The translations under genes and the position numbers were made by a program. Shown in pieces: positions 18,195 to 28,586 of a stretch of 64,000 bases of DNA (position 1 is the stretch's first letter; every line of letters begins with the position of its first letter). This stretch comes from an uncultured Candidatus Saccharibacteria bacterium (GTDB lineage: Bacteria; Patescibacteriota; Minisyncoccia; Phycocordibacterales; UBA9973): the NCBI GenBank assembly GCA_964554645.1, contig CAZKPK010000002.1:1788-65787 (forward strand). The letters are read 5' to 3'. The notes beneath the pieces were generated by a model. It ran no database searches, was not told the origin of the DNA, and saw only the letters and a list, made by a program, of their open reading frames with translations.

Positions 18195-19853
18195 ATGACT
18201 CAAAAAGAAGCGTTGAATATTTTAAAAACTGGCGCGAATGTTTTTTTGACCGGCGAGCCGGGAGCGGGGAAGACGCACACCGTCAATAATTTTGTGAATT
18301 ATTTGCGCGCCTGCGATGTGGAGCCAGCGATTACCGCTTCGACTGGTATTGCCGCGACGCATATTGGCGGGATGACGATTCATTCTTGGAGTGGCATCGG
18401 CATTAAAACAAAATTGGATAAATATGATTTAGATAAAATTGCGAGCAGTGAATATATTGTAAGGCGTGTTGCTCGTACGCGGGTCTTGATTATTGATGAG
18501 ATTTCTATGCTCTCTATTAATATGCTCGAGATGGTGGATATAGTCTGTCGAGAAATAAAACAAAGCAGTGAGCCCTTTGGAGGAATTCAGATTATTCTCG
18601 TCGGTGATTTTTTCCAGTTGCCACCGATTATAAAAAGAGATTTTACAGAAGAAAAACAAAACAAACTTCTTGTAGACGTTCTTGTAGACGTCGGACGTCT
18701 ACAAGTGGGGAATTTTGCTTATGATAGCGGGGCCTGGGAGCGAGCGCGAATGGTTACTTGTTATTTGACTGAAAAACATCGGCAAGATGATACTGATTTC
18801 CTCTCGGTGCTGGGAGGCATCCGTTCTAACAATGTTTCGCAGGCGCATCGAAGTTACATTACTGCTCGGCATATTCGCGAGAATCAGACGCCAGAAAATA
18901 TTACTAAACTTTTTTCGCATAATGTGGATGTAAATCGGATAAATAACGTGGAACTTGCGAAATTAAAAAAAGAAATTAAATGTTTCAAAATGTCTGGAAG
19001 TGGAAATGATAAAGTAGTGGAGATACTGAAGAAAGGATGTTTATCGCCGGAGAATTTGGAGCTCAAAATCGGCGCGGTCGTGATGTGCACCAAAAATAAT
19101 CCAAAAGAAAGATTTGTCAATGGCACACTTGGCACGGTGACAGGCTACGAAGAATTTAGCGGACACCCGATTATTAAAACTAAGAATGGACGGAGTCTTG
19201 TAATTGCGCCGATGGATTGGACAGTTGAAGAGAATGGTAAAATTCGCGCGCAAATAACCCAAATTCCGCTTCGCCTCGCGTGGGCGATCACGGTGCACAA
19301 AAGTCAGGGGATGAGTCTGGATGCGGCGGTGATGGATTTGTCGCAAGTGTTTGAATTTGGGCAGGGGTATGTAGCGCTCTCACGCGTGCGCAGACTCTCT
19401 GGATTATATTTGCTTGGTTTCAATGAGCAGGCGCTGAAAGTACATCCAGAAATTCTTAAAAAAGATATTGACTTTAAGAAAAGTTCCGAAGAAACAGCGC
19501 GAGTTTTTGGGGAGATTTTAGAAAATGATCTTCAAAAAATACATAATAATTTTGTATTGGCGTGCGGAGGGAAGGTTTTCCACCTCGACCCGATGGTCAT
19601 CGGGTCACCCCTCAAGAGGGGAATTAAAATGGAAAACACAGAGGGCGCGCCGAGTACGGCGCGCCCAAAAGCATTTGCCGAAATCAGAACAAAACACCCC
19701 AACGCTTATCGAAAATGGATGCCAGAGGAAGAAATGGAAATGGTATCACAATTCAAAAATGGAAAATCTATCAGAAATATTTCTGCGCTTTCTGGTCGAA
19801 AAGTTGGCGGCATACGCGCTCGGCTCGTCAAACTAGGATTAATAGAAAAATAA
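18195..19853 (+). CDS. PIF1/RecD-like SF1B helicase
   Basis: GEPGAGKT, IIDEISM, GDFFQLPP, AWAITVHKSQG, YVALSR. Confidence 0.9.
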   Translation: MTQKEALNILKTGANVFLTGEPGAGKTHTVNNFVNYLRACDVEPAITASTGIAATHIGGMTIHSWSGIGIKTKLDKYDLDKIASSEYIVRRVARTRVLIIDEISMLSINMLEMVDIVCREIKQSSEPFGGIQIILVGDFFQLPPIIKRDFTEEKQNKLLVDVLVDVGRLQVGNFAYDSGAWERARMVTCYLTEKHRQDDTDFLSVLGGIRSNNVSQAHRSYITARHIRENQTPENITKLFSHNVDVNRINNVELAKLKKEIKCFKMSGSGNDKVVEILKKGCLSPENLELKIGAVVMCTKNNPKERFVNGTLGTVTGYEEFSGHPIIKTKNGRSLVIAPMDWTVEENGKIRAQITQIPLRLAWAITVHKSQGMSLDAAVMDLSQVFEFGQGYVALSRVRRLSGLYLLGFNEQALKVHPEILKKDIDFKKSSEETARVFGEILENDLQKIHNNFVLACGGKVFHLDPMVIGSPLKRGIKMENTEGAPSTARPKAFAEIRTKHPNAYRKWMPEEEMEMVSQFKNGKSIRNISALSGRKVGGIRARLVKLGLIEK

Positions 19854-19992
19854 AATACTAGTTATCCCCATTTGGTTTTGAAAATTACTGGGATATTTTT
19901 TTAACGTCAATGTTCCTAGTTTTTCTAATGCCCTTGCAGGAACCCTTTTAGTCAATCTTGTTTGTTGGTATTTTTTTTGTTATGATTGTGGT

Positions 19993-20409
19993 ATGAAATC
20001 AAAAGAAGCAAAACCGTCTGAGGTAGGAGATAATAAAACAACCCCAGAGGCAAAGTTAACAAAACAAGAAATCTTGGATCTAATTGAAAAAGCATCTCAC
20101 CAAACTTGGATGAGGCAGGCGCATAGGGACAAAGGAACCAACATGGATAAACTTTCACAGGCAGTGTCAGATGGCGATCGCGAAAGGGCGGCAGATGCTT
20201 GGAAAGAGCTAGAGAAAGAAAAACCAAAAACTCGGGCGGAGGCTGTGACTCTGCTGGCTAGAAGGTCTCACGAAATGTGGTTGGCCCATAAAAGAGTGCT
20301 TGTTTCTACAGAAGAATTTGATCTTAATCCAAATGATCATGACCGCGAGCGGGCAGAAGATATCATAAAAGCGCTTGAAGTTCGCGGAGTCTTATCTTAT
20401 GGAGAATAA
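19993..20409 (+). CDS. Hypothetical protein with two internal repeats
   Basis: SHQTW..DGDRERAAD and SHEMW..DHDRERAED. Confidence 0.6.
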   Translation: MKSKEAKPSEVGDNKTTPEAKLTKQEILDLIEKASHQTWMRQAHRDKGTNMDKLSQAVSDGDRERAADAWKELEKEKPKTRAEAVTLLARRSHEMWLAHKRVLVSTEEFDLNPNDHDRERAEDIIKALEVRGVLSYGE

Positions 20410-23400
20410 TCAGGATAAAAACAAAAAATCAGACGCAACGTTGCGCGAAGAAAGTGTTTTGGAATTTTGGCGGGAAAATAAAATTTTTGAGAAATCTTTA
20501 AAACAGACAGAAGGGAAAAAAGAATTTATTTTTTTTGAAGGTCCGCCGACAGCGAATGGCAAGCCGGGAATTCATCATCTGGAAGCGCGAGCGTTCAAAG
20601 ACGCTATTCCAAGATATAAAACGATGCAAGGTTTTTACGTCCGTCGCAAGGCCGGGTGGGATACGCACGGGCTAGCGGTAGAAATTCAGACAGAGAAAAA
20701 ACTCGGCCTGAATTCTAAAAAAGCGATTGAAAAATACGGCATCGCCAAGTTCAATCGGGAATGCAAAGAAAATGTTTGGGAATATTTGGATGTTTGGAAT
20801 AAATTTACCGAGCGGATCGGTTTTTGGGTGGATCAGGAGAATCCGTATGTGACATACCGCAATGACTATATTGAATCTGCCTGGAATGTGCTAAAAAAAA
20901 TAAATGACCGGAATTTGCTTTACAAAGATTATAAAGTAGTGCCGTGGTGTCCGAGATGCGGGACCGCTCTTTCCACCCACGAGCTGGTGCAAGGATACGA
21001 GGAGGTGAAAGATTTGTCGGTTTATGTGAAGTTTAAGGTGCGTGGGGGCGGAAATGATGCTTCTGCGGGGTCGCTGTCTCCGTCTGCTGACGGAGCGCTG
21101 CCTCTCGGCTCGTCAGCCTGCGAGACACCCCGACAAAAGCACATTTCCGCCCCCACTTTCGTTCTTGCCTGGACGACGACGCCGTGGACTTTGCCGGGAA
21201 ATGTGGCGCTGGCAGTAGGGAAGGACATTGATTATGTGAAAGTTAAAACTGGAAATGAAATTTACATTTTGGCCAAGGAAAGACTTTCAATACTCACTGA
21301 AGCTTATGAAATTGTTGGAGAAATAAAAGGCAAAGATTTGGTAGGTTTAGAATATGAACCGCTTTTTCCATTTCTGCCTGCCATTATTTCTGAAGCCGAA
21401 AAACCTAAATTAGAAAAAGCTTTTAAAATATATGAAGCGGATTTTGTAAATATACAAGATGGCACAGGGATTGTGCATACGGCGGTAATGTATGGACAAG
21501 ACGATTTTGAACTGGGCGCCAAAGTCGGTTTGCCCAAGCATCACTTGGTTAATCTTGAAGGCAAATTTATAAAAGGCACAGGATTTTTAGAAGGAAGATT
21601 TGTAAAAGAAAAAGACGAAAACGGCAAACCGACTATAGATATAGATATTATCAAATATCTAACGGACAAAAACTTATTTTACAAAAAAGAAAATTATGAA
21701 CATTCCTATCCGCACTGCTGGCGCTGTCACACGGCGCTTATTTATTACGCTCGCGATTCTTGGTATATCAAAATGTCCGACCCGACAATAAAGGAACAGA
21801 TGATAAAAGAGAATAAAGGGATAAATTGGGAGCCGTCATATATTCAAGAAGGGCGTTTCGGCGAATGGCTTCGGGAGATAAAAGACTGGGCAATATCTCG
21901 CGAAAGATATTGGGGGACGCCGCTACCGATATGGGCTTGCGAATCCTGCCAGAAAATCAGCGTCATCGGAAGCATTGCGGAATTGAAAGAAAAAACAAAA
22001 AAGTCCGGCAATACATATTTTGTGATGCGGCATGGGGAAACTACCACCAATTTGAGAAATTTGGTTAGCACGGTAATGAATAGCGGGAGCCATTTGACCG
22101 ATGAAGGAAAAAGAAAGACAAGAGGAATGGGCGAACTTCTGAAGAAAAAAGGTATTGATCTGATTTTTACTTCGCCGTTTAATCGCGGCAGAGAAACGGC
22201 AAAAATAATGCAGGAAATTATAGGTATTGGTGACGAAAATGTTTGTGAAGATAAGCGCTTGGGAGAGATGAATGTAAAAAGTTATGAAGGAAGAACTTGG
22301 GCCGAATATCACAACGACTTTCCGAAAACGCCAGAATATTTTGATAAAGCAAAAAACGGAGATGAATCTTTGAGAGACATAAAAAAAAGAATGATGGATT
22401 TTCTTTTTGAGCTTGAAGAGAAATATCAGAACAAAAAAATTCTCATTATTACTCACGGCGGGCCGACCTGGCTTATGGCCGCGGGGGTGAAAATGTTTGA
22501 TGTGGAAAATACGCTTGCGATGGTTCGCGATAAAGAAAATTTTCATTATCTCAGAAATTCGGAAATACAAAAATTATCATTCACACCTTTTCCTCATGAT
22601 CAATTTGGCGATTTTGACCTGCATCGTCCATATATTGATGAAGTTCCACTTGTTTGTTCCCACTTGACAGGCTCAGGACAGGCCTGTGGCGGAAAATTGA
22701 CGCGCGTTCGCGAAGTGATGGATGTTTGGTTTGATTCCGGTTGTATGCCATTTGCGCAAGATCATTATCCTTTTGACGCCAAAAAAATTCTATATCCGGC
22801 AGATTTTATTTCGGAAGCAATCGATCAGACCCGCGGATGGTTCTACACTTTGCATGCCATCGGAGTGCTGATGGGTCGCGGGAAAGTTTTTAAAAATGTA
22901 ATCTGCCTCGGGCTTCTTTTAGACGCTCAGGGCAAAAAAATGTCCAAATCGCTGGGTAATGTCGTTGATCCTTGGGTGATGATGGATAAATATGGCGTGG
23001 ACACTTTGCGTCTTTGGATGTATTCCGTGAATCAACCGGGCGAATCGAAAAATTTTGACGAGAAAACGATATCTTTGCTTCATCAGCAAGTTTTCGGCTT
23101 GCTTTATAACGTGCTAGCTTTTTACGAACTATATCGAGATAAAGAAAAAGAGATAAATGATCGTCCCAAATCCAAAAATATTTTGGATATTTGGATCTTG
23201 GTCAAATTGGATGAATTAGCAAAATTAATTACCGCGAATCTTGATAATTATAAATTACTTGAACCAACCAGAGCGCTACGAGATTTTATCGGCGATCTTT
23301 CCACCTGGTATCTGCGTCGTTCGCGGGAACGGATCAAAGAAGGAAGCAATGAAGCTAAGCAGACTTTATATTTTGTCCTGAAAACTCTTGCCACAGTCCT

Positions 23401-24022
23401 GGCTCCTTTCGCGCCTTTTGCGGCAGAAGATATTTGGCTGAAATTAAGAAATAAAAATGACGCAGAGAGCGTGCATTTAGTTAAATGGCCAAAAATGCCA
23501 AAGAGTTTCTTTGGCATTTTTGGCAGCAAAGAAAATAAAACTTTGGAAAACATGCAAACAGTCAGGAAAATTGTCACCCTTTGCCTTGAAGCCCGCCAAA
23601 AAGCAGGGATAAAAGTTCGCCAGCCTCTGGCTTCACTTAAATACAAAGTTAAAAACAAAAAATTATCAGGCGAGTATCTTGATCTGATAAAAGATGAGCT
23701 TAACGTGAAAGAAATTATCGAAACAGACTTAATTGAAAATGAAGTTGAACTGGATGTTAAAATCACAGAGGAATTAAAACAGGAAGGAAATTATCGAGAG
23801 CTGGCGCGGGCTTTGCAAGATATGCGCAAAAAACTTGGATTAACTCCGGATGATACAATTTCACTTGTTTTTGAAGCGAATGACGCAGGCAAAAAGTTAA
23901 TTGAAAAATTTGCAACCGATCTTAAAAAAACTGTTTTGGTGTCCAAGATAGAATTTGGAAATAATAATGGCGAAGAAATAAAAATAGATGATTTGGTGTT
24001 TAAAATAAAAATTTATAAGTAG
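20399..24022 (+). CDS. ileS: Isoleucine--tRNA ligase with inserted histidine phosphatase domain
   Basis: EGPPTANG..HH, WTTTPWT, GTGIVH, DWAISRERYWGTP, DQTRGWF, KMSKS; internal MRHGET..THGG. Confidence 0.95.
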   Translation: MENNQDKNKKSDATLREESVLEFWRENKIFEKSLKQTEGKKEFIFFEGPPTANGKPGIHHLEARAFKDAIPRYKTMQGFYVRRKAGWDTHGLAVEIQTEKKLGLNSKKAIEKYGIAKFNRECKENVWEYLDVWNKFTERIGFWVDQENPYVTYRNDYIESAWNVLKKINDRNLLYKDYKVVPWCPRCGTALSTHELVQGYEEVKDLSVYVKFKVRGGGNDASAGSLSPSADGALPLGSSACETPRQKHISAPTFVLAWTTTPWTLPGNVALAVGKDIDYVKVKTGNEIYILAKERLSILTEAYEIVGEIKGKDLVGLEYEPLFPFLPAIISEAEKPKLEKAFKIYEADFVNIQDGTGIVHTAVMYGQDDFELGAKVGLPKHHLVNLEGKFIKGTGFLEGRFVKEKDENGKPTIDIDIIKYLTDKNLFYKKENYEHSYPHCWRCHTALIYYARDSWYIKMSDPTIKEQMIKENKGINWEPSYIQEGRFGEWLREIKDWAISRERYWGTPLPIWACESCQKISVIGSIAELKEKTKKSGNTYFVMRHGETTTNLRNLVSTVMNSGSHLTDEGKRKTRGMGELLKKKGIDLIFTSPFNRGRETAKIMQEIIGIGDENVCEDKRLGEMNVKSYEGRTWAEYHNDFPKTPEYFDKAKNGDESLRDIKKRMMDFLFELEEKYQNKKILIITHGGPTWLMAAGVKMFDVENTLAMVRDKENFHYLRNSEIQKLSFTPFPHDQFGDFDLHRPYIDEVPLVCSHLTGSGQACGGKLTRVREVMDVWFDSGCMPFAQDHYPFDAKKILYPADFISEAIDQTRGWFYTLHAIGVLMGRGKVFKNVICLGLLLDAQGKKMSKSLGNVVDPWVMMDKYGVDTLRLWMYSVNQPGESKNFDEKTISLLHQQVFGLLYNVLAFYELYRDKEKEINDRPKSKNILDIWILVKLDELAKLITANLDNYKLLEPTRALRDFIGDLSTWYLRRSRERIKEGSNEAKQTLYFVLKTLATVLAPFAPFAAEDIWLKLRNKNDAESVHLVKWPKMPKSFFGIFGSKENKTLENMQTVRKIVTLCLEARQKAGIKVRQPLASLKYKVKNKKLSGEYLDLIKDELNVKEIIETDLIENEVELDVKITEELKQEGNYRELARALQDMRKKLGLTPDDTISLVFEANDAGKKLIEKFATDLKKTVLVSKIEFGNNNGEEIKIDDLVFKIKIYK
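21042..21156 (+). mobile_element. In-frame palindromic insertion in ileS
   Basis: 15-bp terminal IR gtgggggcggaaatg / catttccgcccccac, GC-rich, internal hairpin. Confidence 0.7.
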
Positions 24023-24037
24023 TATACTGATACTGAA

Positions 24038-24073
24038 TTAGTATAATAGACACGGCCGTTGTTATTATGTTAT
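24038..24073. repeat. Cassette 2 left palindromic boundary site
   Basis: atagacACGGCCGTtgttatt (24046-24066) matches 24671-24691 at 19/21. Confidence 0.85.
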
Positions 24074-24084
24074 TATAATTTAAT

Positions 24085-24645
24085 ATGAAACTCATTGATA
24101 AAGAATCAAATAACGGGAAAATAATTCGCGCTTTAGGTATGGGGGTTGGAGTAACAGTAGCTTTGGCAAACAGAAGGACAAGTTATAAGGTTACTAAATT
24201 ACTGATTAAAGAAATTTTTGGATTAAATAAAAAACCTAAAAATATGGCTGGTTACTTTTTTAAATTAAGAAAACAAAAATTAATTGAGATTAAAAAAGAG
24301 GGAAACTTTTATAAAATTTTCCTCACCGAAAATGGCCGAGAAATCTTTTTGCGATTTAATTATGAAGAATTGAAAATAAAAAATCCAAAAATCTGGGATA
24401 GAAATTTTCGAGTAATTGTCTTTGATATTCCTGAAAAGAAAAGAGCCGCTCGGGATTCACTGCGGGAGAAAATGAAAGAATTGGGATGTGAAAAATTCAA
24501 TGATAGCGTGTGGGTTTATCCTTATCCATGCCAGCAAGAAATTGACTTCATAGCCAACTATTGGGGAATAGGCAAGTATGTTCACTTTATACTGGCCAAA
24601 GATATAACAAACAGAAGTGTTTTGGAAAAGCACTTTAATTTATAA
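24085..24645 (+). CDS. PaaX-like protein (wHTH + Cas2-like domain), copy 2
   Basis: WDRNFRVIVFDIPE..ARDSLR..GCEKFNDSVWVYPYPC. Confidence 0.8.
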   Translation: MKLIDKESNNGKIIRALGMGVGVTVALANRRTSYKVTKLLIKEIFGLNKKPKNMAGYFFKLRKQKLIEIKKEGNFYKIFLTENGREIFLRFNYEELKIKNPKIWDRNFRVIVFDIPEKKRAARDSLREKMKELGCEKFNDSVWVYPYPCQQEIDFIANYWGIGKYVHFILAKDITNRSVLEKHFNL

Positions 24646-24662
24646 GTACGCAATTATTGTAG

Positions 24663-24698
24663 ATAATACTATAGATACGGCCGTTGCTATTTTACTAT
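24663..24698. repeat. Cassette 2 right palindromic boundary site
   Basis: atagatACGGCCGTtgctattttactat. Confidence 0.85.
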
Positions 24699-24720
24699 CA
24701 GTCTCTGAGGAAGAAACCTA

Positions 24721-25302
24721 ATGCATCACATTTATCACACGGAGGGAATAATCTTGGGGAGCAAAAATTTCGGAGAAGCCGGAAAATATTATCATATTTT
24801 TACCCGTGATTTGGGAATGATAACAGCTGGAGCTCAAGGGGTGCGCAAGATGTCTTCCAAGCTCCGTTTTGTCTTGCAAGATTTTGCCTGTCTTAAAATC
24901 GATTTGGTGCAAGGCAAGAATATCTTTCGGGTAACGAATGCATCCAAGACGGGCATTTTAGAGCAAGTTACTAAACAACCGGAAACTTTTAAAGTTTTTA
25001 CAAACATCACGCGCTTGCTGAAACGTCTGCTGGCTGGTGTTGAGCCGAACGAAACGCTGTTTGTGGATTTGCTCCGCAGCCTATCGGTTTTAGAGAAAGC
25101 CGAAACCAAAGAAAATCTGCGGAATATTGAAGCAATTATTGTTTTGCGCATCTTGGATAATCTGGGGTATATAGGTGAAAATGAAATATTGCAGAGTCTT
25201 ACAAAATCTCCATTTGAAGAGAACCTGATATTTGAAGTTTCAAAAAATAGAAGCAAAGTATTGCGCCAAATCAATAAAGCTCTTAAAGAGACGCATTTAT
25301 AA
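24721..25302 (+). CDS. recO: DNA repair protein RecO
   Basis: TEGIILGSKNFGEA..IFTRDLG..AQGVRK RecO N-terminal OB fold. Confidence 0.8.
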   Translation: MHHIYHTEGIILGSKNFGEAGKYYHIFTRDLGMITAGAQGVRKMSSKLRFVLQDFACLKIDLVQGKNIFRVTNASKTGILEQVTKQPETFKVFTNITRLLKRLLAGVEPNETLFVDLLRSLSVLEKAETKENLRNIEAIIVLRILDNLGYIGENEILQSLTKSPFEENLIFEVSKNRSKVLRQINKALKETHL

Positions 25303-25382
25303 AATGCCAATCTCGCCGAATTTAGCTAAACCTGCTCCGTAATAAATTTTCTAAATTTTGTTTGGGGTGATATAATCCTAGA

Positions 25383-27329
25383 ATGCCACTAAATGACGGG
25401 GACAAATTAAACAGAATAGAGGAACTCAAAAGCAAACTTTTTAGTAAAAATTATCAGATAAAAGTAGAGCATCGAGATGGATTTACTCATCCCAAAAGGG
25501 ACGACATACCGGATGTTTGGGAAAATGAAAGGAAAAATGAGATTGATTCCTTTCCATCTCAAGATAGATTTTTTATGAGAACCTCCATATTTAAGAATTT
25601 TTTCATTTTTTCTTTGGCTTTTTTTATTTTAACGATAGGATACGCTTCCTATGTGTTTTTTGCTGGTGGCAATACTGTTTCTAATGATAATATTGACATT
25701 TCTATACTTGGGAATAATTTTACTGCCGGCGGAGAAGATCTTTCGCTTATTGTCGGGATTACTAATAGAAATAATTCTGCATTGGATTTAGTCGATCTTG
25801 TCATGGAGTATCCAAAAAGCTCTTCGAGTTTGGAAACGGATCCGGCGGGAGTGGAGAGATTCCGGGAATCTTTAGGCACGATTCCGACGGGAACCACGCG
25901 CAACGAGAATCTAAAAGTAGTGCTTTTTGGAGAGCAGGGAAGCGTGCGTCCCATAAAAATTTCTATTGAATATCGAGTGGAAGGATCGAACGGCATTTTT
26001 GTGAAAAATAAAACTTTTGAGGTTACGTTAAGCTCTACGCCGCTTAATCTTTCCGTTGACGCTCCTCTGACCGTAAGTCCGAATCAAGATATCACTCTCA
26101 ACGTAAAAACGGCGCTGAATGCCACTCGCACAGTTTCAAAAATACTTCTTAAATTCGATTATCCGGTTGGATTTCAATTTAAATCATCGGTTCCAGCCCC
26201 TTCGCTTGGAAACAATGTTTGGAACTTAGGAGATCTGGCTCCTGGCGCAGAACGCAATATTTCTGTGACTGGCAAGATGTTTGATGTTACCGATGGGGAA
26301 GAAAAGACTTTCCATATATCCAGCGGATCGCAATCAGGCGGAGATAAATCTGTGATTGATGTAGTTTTTAATTCTCTTTCGCACACCGTCACGGTTAAAA
26401 AACCCTTCGTTGAAGCAAAACTTTTTGTGAATGGCATATCTCAGAGAGAATATGCTACGAATACGAAAACCCCGGTCAATGGCGAAATTAGGTGGACAAA
26501 CAATTTGGATACAAAAGTGAATGATTTGGAAATTCGGGCTAAAATTTCCGGGAATGCCGTTGATCGTAAGACGATAAATGCGCAGCAAGGTTTTTATGAT
26601 TCATTAACCGATACAATAACTTGGGACAAAAATTCCAAAAATGGGTTTAATGAAGTGAACCCGGGCGATTCCGGATCTGTAAATTTTTCCGTTTCCCCGC
26701 TTTCTTTATTCTCGGCCGCCGGCGGGATGCTTTCTAATCCCTCTATTAATATAGAAGTTTCTATTTCCGGCAAGCAATTGATTACTGGCTATGCTACGGC
26801 CAACTTGAATAATTCTGATTCTTCAATAATTAGAATTATTTCGGATGTTGGATTTACAGCCCAGGCGCTTTATTATTCGGGATCTTTTACCAACACTGGT
26901 CCCGTGCCTCCGAAAGTCGGAAAAGAAACTTCTTACACCATAGTTTGGTCTCTTTCCAATACAGCCAATAATATTTCAAAAGCGATCGTTCGTTCTACTA
27001 TTCCTTCGTGGATGAAATTTGCCGGTTCAATTTCACCTTCGGCTGAAGATCTAAATTACAATCCTGTTACTAAAGAAATAGTTTGGAATATAAGTGGGAT
27101 ACCAAAGGGGACCGGAATTACCGCGGCCGACCGTAGCGTTTCCTTTCAAGTTGTATTTACCCCCTCCCTTTCTCAAATTCGCACTATGCCAATTATTATA
27201 AATGACGCAATTTTGACTGGACATGACGATTTTGCTAATGTGGATGTGAGAGTGAATAAAGCATCGCTCCGCACGCAACTGGACAATGATCCGCTATTTC
27301 CTCCTAATGGAGGCTCGGTAGTTGAATAA
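25383..27329 (+). CDS. Membrane-anchored protein with tandem Ig-like beta domains
   Basis: Single TM helix near aa 72-95 followed by repeated beta-sandwich-like segments (WNLGDLAPG). Confidence 0.6.
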   Translation: MPLNDGDKLNRIEELKSKLFSKNYQIKVEHRDGFTHPKRDDIPDVWENERKNEIDSFPSQDRFFMRTSIFKNFFIFSLAFFILTIGYASYVFFAGGNTVSNDNIDISILGNNFTAGGEDLSLIVGITNRNNSALDLVDLVMEYPKSSSSLETDPAGVERFRESLGTIPTGTTRNENLKVVLFGEQGSVRPIKISIEYRVEGSNGIFVKNKTFEVTLSSTPLNLSVDAPLTVSPNQDITLNVKTALNATRTVSKILLKFDYPVGFQFKSSVPAPSLGNNVWNLGDLAPGAERNISVTGKMFDVTDGEEKTFHISSGSQSGGDKSVIDVVFNSLSHTVTVKKPFVEAKLFVNGISQREYATNTKTPVNGEIRWTNNLDTKVNDLEIRAKISGNAVDRKTINAQQGFYDSLTDTITWDKNSKNGFNEVNPGDSGSVNFSVSPLSLFSAAGGMLSNPSINIEVSISGKQLITGYATANLNNSDSSIIRIISDVGFTAQALYYSGSFTNTGPVPPKVGKETSYTIVWSLSNTANNISKAIVRSTIPSWMKFAGSISPSAEDLNYNPVTKEIVWNISGIPKGTGITAADRSVSFQVVFTPSLSQIRTMPIIINDAILTGHDDFANVDVRVNKASLRTQLDNDPLFPPNGGSVVE

Positions 27330-27332
27330 TTT

Positions 27333-28586
27333 ATGTTAAAAAACAATAAAAAGGAAAATGATTTGATGGAAAAAATAGTTTCGCTTTGTAAAAGGCGCGG
27401 TTTCGTTTTTGCTGGTTCAGAGATTTACGGAGGGCTCGCAGGCACTTATGATTGGGGGCATTACGGGGTTGCTTTGAAAAATAATATCAAGCAAAGTTGG
27501 TGGAAAAAATTTGTGGATGGCCGGAGAGACATATACGGCATAGATACAGCAATTTTAATGAGTAGTAAAGTTTGGGAAGCCGCAGGGCATGTGGCCAATT
27601 TTGCGGATCCGCTTGATGGTAAGCAATTCAATACAATGCTTCAGACGTCTGTCGGGGCGAAAAAAGATGAAATTGCAATTTCTTACTTGCGTCCAGAAAC
27701 AGCCCAGGGAATGTTTGTAAATTTCAAGAATATTATTGATGCCCTGCATCCTAAATTACCTTTCGGAATGGCGCAGATAGGCAAAGCGTTTAGGAACGAA
27801 ATAGCGCCTCGAGATTTTCTTTTTCGCCAACGAGAATTTGAACAAATGGAAATTGAGTATTTTATAAGACAAGAAGATTGGGAAAAATATTTTGAATATT
27901 GGAAAAGCGAGATGCTTGATTGGATGGAGGAAATTGGGCTTGATCTGGCAAAGATTCACGAGTTGGAAGTGCCATCTCTGGATCGCGCTCATTATTCTAA
28001 AAGAACAATTGACTTTGAATTTGATTATCCTTTTGGCAGAAAAGAACTTTTTGGTCTTGCTTATAGAGCGGATTTTGATTTAAAGAATCACCAGCTTGAA
28101 TACATAGATGAACCCTCCGACGCTGAAGCTAAGACGGGCAATGGAAAAAGCGAGAAAATAATTCCGCATGTTATAGAACCGACTTTTGGTGTTGATCGCG
28201 CCGTGCTCGCGTTGCTTCTTTCTGTTTATGCTGAGGATGAGAAAGATGGAGAGATGCGTTCATATTTAAAATTTAAACCTTCCATTGCGCCAGTTATATG
28301 CGCCGTTTCGCCATTACTTAAAAATAAACCAGAGCTTGTAGAATATGCCAATACTAAAATCTATGCCCCGCTTAAAGCAGAATTCGGACGGGTAGCATGG
28401 GACGATAATGGCAATATTGGAAAACGCTATCGCCGACAAGACGAAATCGGTACGCCATTTTGCATTGTGGTAGACTTTGATACGCTGACAGATAATATGG
28501 TAACAGTCCGCGATCGCGATACGGGGAAGCAAGAAAGAATAAAAGTGGAAGATTTAAAGAAATATATCAAAGAAAAAATAATTTAA
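27333..28586 (+). CDS. glyS: Glycine--tRNA ligase (homodimeric type)
   Basis: KRRGF..EIYGG, YLRPETAQG, FRNEI, REFEQMEIE, IGKRYRRQDEIGTP. Confidence 0.95.
   Translation: MLKNNKKENDLMEKIVSLCKRRGFVFAGSEIYGGLAGTYDWGHYGVALKNNIKQSWWKKFVDGRRDIYGIDTAILMSSKVWEAAGHVANFADPLDGKQFNTMLQTSVGAKKDEIAISYLRPETAQGMFVNFKNIIDALHPKLPFGMAQIGKAFRNEIAPRDFLFRQREFEQMEIEYFIRQEDWEKYFEYWKSEMLDWMEEIGLDLAKIHELEVPSLDRAHYSKRTIDFEFDYPFGRKELFGLAYRADFDLKNHQLEYIDEPSDAEAKTGNGKSEKIIPHVIEPTFGVDRAVLALLLSVYAEDEKDGEMRSYLKFKPSIAPVICAVSPLLKNKPELVEYANTKIYAPLKAEFGRVAWDDNGNIGKRYRRQDEIGTPFCIVVDFDTLTDNMVTVRDRDTGKQERIKVEDLKKYIKEKII

Noticed and set aside
22009-22590. Intein in ileS
   Set aside because: No intein terminal residues (C..HN) or LAGLIDADG motifs; the insert has histidine phosphatase motifs instead.
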